Source of the DNA: a virus
Lineage: Duplodnaviria; Caudoviricetes
Reading direction: 5' to 3' (one strand)
Virus record (IMG/VR): IMGVR_UViG_3300006872_000002
Coordinates: 1 to 49,552 of that record
DNA length: 49,552 bases
The position numbers and the translations under genes were made by a program. Each line of letters opens with the position of its first letter. The stretch's first letter is position 1. This document shows positions 46,294 to 49,552 of this stretch, one piece after another. The notes below the pieces were generated by a model. It was not told the origin of the DNA. It saw only the letters and a list, made by a program, of their open reading frames with translations, and did not search any database.

Positions 46294-46393
46294 TGGTGCA
46301 GCCCAGATCCGTTAGGATCTCACCCTAGAACAACCGGAAGTTAATTACGCTCCCTTTATTCTAGGTACAGAGTGGAGCGACCACAAGGACTGC
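46294..46393 (-). ncRNA. CCA-ended tRNA-like RNA with internal pseudoknot
   Basis: Acceptor GCAGTCC/GGGCTGC-A-CCA, stacked agatcc/ggatct hairpin, interleaved cgctcc/ggagcg and cctagaa/ttctagg stems. Confidence 0.65.
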
Positions 46394-46399
46394 ATACGA

Positions 46400-46474
46400 T
46401 GGAGTCGCCGATAGGATTCGAACCTACATACAACCGCTTTGCAGGCGGCGACCTAGCCTTTCAGTCACGGCGAC
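46400..46474 (-). tRNA. tRNA-Cys(GCA)
   Basis: Loop CT-GCA-AA; U73. Confidence 0.9.
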
Positions 46475-46481
46475 ATTAAAT

Positions 46482-46557
46482 TGGCGCACCTGACGGGTAA
46501 CGATCCCGCTTCATTCTTGATTGACAATCAAGCGCCTATCCTACTGGCTCCAGGTGC
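46482..46557 (-). tRNA. tRNA-Asp(GTC)
   Basis: Loop TT-GTC-AA; G73; T-loop ATCGTTA. Confidence 0.88.
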
Positions 46558-46565
46558 AATATTCT

Positions 46566-46631
46566 GATCGGTATCTTTCTACTTGTTACGACCCCCAAAG
46601 GGGGATGGGAATTGCACCCATGTCTCCGACC
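46566..46631 (-). ncRNA. Circularly permuted tRNA-like RNA (YrlA-like domain), copy 2
   Basis: ggtcgg - agac - T arm atggg/TGCAATT/cccat - closed acceptor ccccc/ttt/ggggg - D-like loop - ccgatc. Confidence 0.65.
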
Positions 46632-46643
46632 TTGCTCTGTAAC

Positions 46644-46727
46644 TGGTGGATCATCAAGGAGTCGAACCTTGTGAGAATTAACGACTGCTTTACAGGCAGC
46701 CCCGCCTCCGTAACGGTTTAATGATCC
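46644..46727 (-). tRNA. tRNA-Tyr(GTA)
   Basis: Loop CT-GTA-AA; variable arm. Confidence 0.88.
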
Positions 46728-46735
46728 GTATTTTT

Positions 46736-46764
46736 ATTATAACAAACTATACACTAAAAATCAA
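46736..46764 (-). promoter_or_regulatory. Sigma70-type promoter within the tRNA island
   Basis: TTGATT-17-TATAAT with TG. Confidence 0.7.
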
Positions 46765-46766
46765 GG

Positions 46767-46855
46767 TGGTCCACCCGTAAGGAATCGAACCTTATCGAGA
46801 CACCAATCTAGTGTGAGGGGTTTATAAGACCCCCTTGCCTCCAAGGCGCGGGTGG
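46767..46855 (-). tRNA. Non-canonical tRNA with TAT (Ile) anticodon, long variable arm, shrunken D arm
   Basis: CCACCCG/CGGGTGG-A-CCA; ggggt-CT TAT AA-acccc; V-arm acact/ggtgt; D arm gcct-tgg-aggc. Confidence 0.8.
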
Positions 46856-46861
46856 AAATTT

Positions 46862-46939
46862 TGGTGTCGGTGGGGAGAGTCGAACTCCCAAACACTTGGT
46901 TCTAAGCCAAGTAGGTATGCCAGTTCCCTTCACACCGAC
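46862..46939 (-). tRNA. tRNA-Leu(TAG), short variable loop
   Basis: Loop CT-TAG-AA; 78 nt. Confidence 0.88.
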
Positions 46940-47331
46940 GATTTCTTTCTTCTCCAAGTTGGTGTCTGTGAATGGCAGTTTGGACATAGAAATCTTAAAT
47001 TGTCCCTACTACTATTCTTTTTATTACCATCTTTATGATCCAACTCCAAAACAAGTCTGCCACCCAGCCACTCACTTAATCCACAAAGACACTTGCCACC
47101 CTGTTCCTCTAATACTTTTCTTCTTTTCTCTGGTATATTATACTCGTTCCAAGAAAGAGTGTTATATCGTTTTTCCCGTATTATTTTCTTTTTTTCTACA
47201 GCAAGGCACCAATCATCTTTACCAAAAAGTTTTCTTCTTGAATCATATCCTTTTTTGAAACCAGCCTGGTGAACTCTTCTACCCTTAAGGGAATCTGATA
47301 TCTTTTTGTTTATTGCCTTTTGATCCCTCAT
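46930..47331 (-). CDS. HNH homing endonuclease
   Basis: C.CG..EW....L.LELDHKDGN..N....NLRFLCPNCHSQT. Confidence 0.9.
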   Translation of the reverse strand: MRDQKAINKKISDSLKGRRVHQAGFKKGYDSRRKLFGKDDWCLAVEKKKIIREKRYNTLSWNEYNIPEKRRKVLEEQGGKCLCGLSEWLGGRLVLELDHKDGNKKNSSRDNLRFLCPNCHSQTPTWRRKKSSV

Positions 47332-47344
47332 AATAAATCCTAAA

Positions 47345-47418
47345 TGGTGGCGGTAGAAGGAATTGCACCTTCTAGATAGGACTTATGAAATCCTTCTGCT
47401 TCGCTTGTGCTTACCGCC
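47345..47418 (-). tRNA. tRNA with CAT anticodon (Met elongator or Ile2)
   Basis: Loop TT-CAT-AA; weak D arm; T-loop TGCAATT. Confidence 0.75.
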
Positions 47419-47422
47419 GTCA

Positions 47423-47499
47423 TGGTAGCGGGTCAAGGAGTTGCACCTTGAACTTGAGTTTATGAGACTCAACGGGTCACTGTCCCCTTCCACGCCGCA
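47423..47499 (-). tRNA. tRNA-Met(CAT), initiator-like acceptor
   Basis: 1:72 mismatch plus GCGG/CCGC; loop CT-CAT-AA; lacks the three G-C pairs in the anticodon stem. Confidence 0.7.
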
Positions 47500-47512
47500 A
47501 ATTTTTAAAACC

Positions 47513-47623
47513 GGCACTGTGCTACCCGTTACACTAAACTCTTCATCAGTCTTACAGTCTGCAGCCCGGAATCTTAATTCTATAACTGATTTCTGAGTCG
47601 CGGAATCGAACCGCTCTAGTGCC
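47513..47623 (-). ncRNA. Circularly permuted tRNA-like RNA (YrlA-like domain), copy 1
   Basis: ggcact - ag - T arm gcgg/TTCGATT/ccgc - gactc [extended atcagt/actgat hairpin] gagtt - TA - D arm gtgt/aacgggta/gcac - agtgcc. Confidence 0.78.
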
Positions 47624-47630
47624 TCATTCC

Positions 47631-47708
47631 TGGTGTCGTTGGGGAGAGTCGAACTCCCAAGCAACTGGCTCTCGACCAGTTAGGTATACCAATTCCCTTC
47701 ACAACGAC
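47631..47708 (-). tRNA. tRNA-Leu(GAG), short variable loop, C33
   Basis: Loop TC-GAG-AG; near-paralogue of Leu(TAG). Confidence 0.8.
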
Positions 47709-47716
47709 GATATTAA

Positions 47717-47810
47717 TTGTGTAGGTGCCTAAGTTCACGTCTAGACTCTGTTACTTGGGGCATATGACCTCCCCACCTACAGCAGCGACTATGTTCTACA
47801 ACCTACACAA
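47717..47810 (-). ncRNA. Unknown ~95-nt RNA closed by a 10-bp terminal stem
   Basis: ttgtgtaggt ... acctacacaa. Confidence 0.5.
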
Positions 47811-47817
47811 ATTTATA

Positions 47818-47890
47818 TGGTAAGGTCCTATCTTGGATGACAAACAGTTTCAAGTCTGTTTGCCTGAGCATCGCACTCAGGATTACTTAC
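47818..47890 (-). ncRNA. T-arm-less tRNA-like RNA with CCA and a Ser(TGA)-like anticodon loop
   Basis: gtaag/cttac-ca end; cctgagt/gctcagg hairpin; caaacag-aCTTGAAAa-ctgtttg hairpin; no T arm. Confidence 0.55.
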
Positions 47891-47895
47891 ACATT

Positions 47896-47973
47896 TGGTC
47901 TAGGGGGTGGGATTTGAACCCACGGTTTCTCGCTTCCAAAGCGAGAGGATCAACCAGACTTTCCTACCCCTAG
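47896..47973 (-). tRNA. tRNA-Pro(TGG)
   Basis: Loop TT-TGG-AA. Confidence 0.9.
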
Positions 47974-47979
47974 ATATTT

Positions 47980-48053
47980 TGGTGGACCAGTCGCCGAATC
48001 GAACGGTGTTGACCTTACGCAGAAAGCCCATGGTGTCCACACCATACCAGCCC
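47980..48053 (-). tRNA. Aberrant Ala-identity tRNA-like RNA (8-bp acceptor, G3:U70, 6-nt anticodon loop)
   Basis: GGGCTGGT/ACTGGTCC-A-CCA; long D hairpin atggtgt/acaccat; TTCGATT T-loop. Confidence 0.55.
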
Positions 48054-48062
48054 ACAATAATT

Positions 48063-48137
48063 TGGCGCTCCTTGTGGGTATCGATCCCACTCCGCCGGCT
48101 TGAAAGGCCGGAATCCTAGCCAGTAGACGAAAGGAGC
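48063..48137 (-). tRNA. tRNA-Glu(TTC)
   Basis: Loop CT-TTC-AA; T-loop ATCGATA. Confidence 0.9.
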
Positions 48138-48143
48138 ATAATT

Positions 48144-48218
48144 TGGTGGAGGCTGGCGGTTCTGCCCCGCCGACTTCTCGGTGCAAGTGAGATGGTTTCC
48201 TAATTAGCCTAAGCCCCC
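48144..48218 (-). tRNA. tRNA-Ala(TGC)
   Basis: G3:U70; loop CT-TGC-AC; T-loop GGCAGAA. Confidence 0.85.
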
Positions 48219-48225
48219 ATATTTT

Positions 48226-48512
48226 TAGCCCACATTTTAATCATCCCTAACCGGACAAACACCAAAAAGTGCATGCGGAGTTGCTTACCGGCTTGGGAGT
48301 GTTGCGAGTAGCACTAGCACTTTAACGGCTACGGTACATCTCGCGTCCCAAACCTACATTTTGTTACCCTTTTACCCCACCGTGTGTAGTGAGAACCCCT
48401 TGATATTATCACAAGGTAAGGATAACTCTTTTAAGGTCGCCCCGCCGGAGACATCTTAATGTTGGTCCTGTCATAAGCAGCCGAGCAACATTCTCAATAT
48501 CCCATTGGGACG
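48226..48512 (-). ncRNA. Unknown ~290-nt ornate structured RNA
   Basis: cgtcccaa/ttgggacg closing stem; aatgttg/caacatt; gttatcctt/aagggtaac; gcgag/ctcgc; tccc..gccgg/ccggt..ggga; no ORF of 60 aa or more. Confidence 0.6.
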
Positions 48513-48513
48513 T

Positions 48514-48587
48514 TGGGGTGATCGGTGGGTAACGCTCCCACTTTTCCTGGGCCACAACCAGGCGCATTTCTTTTATGCTACGACCAC
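48514..48587 (-). tRNA. tRNA-His(GTG), no encoded G-1
   Basis: Loop TT-GTG-GC; C73; T-loop AGCGTTA. Confidence 0.85.
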
Positions 48588-48589
48588 AA

Positions 48590-48665
48590 TGGAGCCGCTG
48601 ACTGGACTTGCACCAGCCTAATCCTCCTTACAAGAGAGGTGATCAACTACCTGACCCACAGCGGC
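48590..48665 (-). tRNA. tRNA-Thr(TGT)
   Basis: Loop CT-TGT-AA; T-loop TGCAAGT. Confidence 0.87.
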
Positions 48666-48680
48666 ATTCTTATAATATGT

Positions 48681-48742
48681 ATAGGAGATAGGATTTATGG
48701 GATCAGTTGTATGTCCTGAAAGCCAACCTACACAACTCCTAT
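48681..48742 (-). ncRNA. Small structured element downstream of the HNH gene
   Basis: ataggag/ctcctat terminal stem; shares TTGTGTAGGTTG with the 47717-47810 element. Confidence 0.4.
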
Positions 48743-48783
48743 GCATCTGGAGTATGCTTGGTGTTTACATCACTCCCAACATA

Positions 48784-49308
48784 TTACTTTAACTCACAAT
48801 TCCAATACAAGTAATCTGCCCACGTTTCTGGCATCTTACGCAACCCAATTGTCACGGTCACAACTTGTGACCAGATCGGTTGCTTTGGTTTCTTCAACAA
48901 CTTCATTCCTGCTTGCTCTGGTGTTCTTCCTTCTTTCTTTGAATTACAAGGAACACAAGCAGTTACGATATTTTCCCATGTTTTCACACCACCCTGTGAA
49001 ACTGGTTTTACATGGTCAAAAGTCAATTCTTCTGAATCAAACTTCTGTGCACAATACTGACATGTAAACCCATCTCTTGTAAAAATATTCAAACGAGTAA
49101 ACTTCACAGGTGCTTTTCTACGAAAACGAACCGGAACAAGCATTCTCAAAACTGAAGGAATCTTCATGCTGAAAGAGATTGAATGAATCTCTTCTTCATG
49201 TTCCTCCAAGACCTCAACCTTACCAGTCCAAAGCAACGTAATTGCTCGTTGCCAGTTAACAACTTGTAAGGGTTCATATGAACTGTTTAACAGCAATGTC
49301 ATATGCAT
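48784..49308 (-). CDS. McrA-like HNH endonuclease
   Basis: LLLN.SYEPL..V.WQRAI.L, F.R.NIF.RD..TCQYC, LT.DHV.P.S.GG..TWENIV.AC..CN..K. Confidence 0.92.
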   Translation of the reverse strand: MHMTLLLNSSYEPLQVVNWQRAITLLWTGKVEVLEEHEEEIHSISFSMKIPSVLRMLVPVRFRRKAPVKFTRLNIFTRDGFTCQYCAQKFDSEELTFDHVKPVSQGGVKTWENIVTACVPCNSKKEGRTPEQAGMKLLKKPKQPIWSQVVTVTIGLRKMPETWADYLYWNCELK

Positions 49309-49332
49309 GATGCTTCTCCCAACGTTTCTATC

Positions 49333-49361
49333 ACTATAACAAATCCAAATTCATTTGTCAA
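49333..49361 (-). promoter_or_regulatory. Sigma70-type promoter driving HNH and downstream RNAs
   Basis: TTGACA-17-TATAGT with TG. Confidence 0.75.
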
Positions 49362-49370
49362 CTACAAACT

Positions 49371-49444
49371 TGGCACCGGATGCAGGAGTCGAACCTGCGC
49401 CAACGGTTTTGGAGACCGTCATGCTTCCGTAACACCTATCCGGT
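49371..49444 (-). tRNA. tRNA-Trp(CCA)
   Basis: Loop CT-CCA-AA; G73. Confidence 0.9.
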
Positions 49445-49451
49445 ATATATA

Positions 49452-49525
49452 TGGTACGCCTCCACGGAATTGCACCGCGATCATCCGCTAATCAGGCGGA
49501 GGTACTTCTATTGTACGAGAGGCGT
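49452..49525 (-). tRNA. tRNA-Ile(GAT)
   Basis: Loop CT-GAT-TA (atypical U37); T-loop TGCAATT. Confidence 0.83.
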
Positions 49526-49552
49526 ATATAACAAAAAAGCCGAAGGGGTCCC

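Noticed and set aside
47840-47865. Plus-strand TT-TCA-AG loop as tRNA-Sec or opal suppressor
   Set aside because: CCA end and island orientation are on the minus strand; no plus-strand cloverleaf
42071-49491. ORF-track entries over tRNA/tmRNA/rnpB (e.g. 42132, 42524, 42954, 43175, 44434, 47383, 47950)
   Set aside because: Spurious frames through RNA genes
1-49552. Stop-codon reassignment or suppressor tRNA
   Set aside because: Core genes are intact in code 11, TAG and TGA end genes at expected positions, and no CTA/TTA/TCA-anticodon cloverleaf was found
49533-49552. Possible minus-strand terminator at the window edge
   Set aside because: Only the U-tract and half a stem are visible

Overview
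A segment of a large AT-rich T4-like (Tevenvirinae-related) myophage genome in the standard genetic code. 1-23 kb is the tail/baseplate module: a partial fibre gene, a VrlC/DUF4815-like 2075 aa protein, gp8, gp7, gp6, gp25, PAAR, gp5, hub, gp53 and gp48 on the minus strand, then gp4, gp2, gp54, gp26/gp51 and a gp29-like gene on the plus strand, with T4-type TATAAATA/CATAAATA late promoters. 23-41 kb (minus strand) holds replication/transcription and accessory genes: gp32, gp59, gp33, dsbA, SleB hydrolase, exonuclease, PhoH, HD alarmone hydrolase, TusA, ClpP, GT2, RNase H, RtcB, DNA ligase and an RlaP-like nucleotidyltransferase, with sigma70-type promoters. 41.3-49.5 kb is a dense minus-strand RNA island. 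I read about 39 CCA-encoding tRNAs covering all 20 amino acids, a tmRNA, an RNase P RNA, two HNH genes, a phosphoesterase, and about ten unexplained structured RNAs. Highlights: (1) two circularly permuted, Y-RNA(YrlA)-like tRNA mimics; (2) a systematic G18/U55 to A18/G55 elbow swap shared by about 12 tRNAs, the tmRNA and one permuted mimic, next to a phage-encoded RNase P RNA; (3) several novel CCA-ended or promoter-driven ncRNAs; (4) a T-TTT-TTC -1 frameshift site that would fuse gp26 to a start-less gp51 ORF just upstream of the tape-measure-like gene. All RNA structures were folded by eye and protein calls come from motif recognition, with no database searches.
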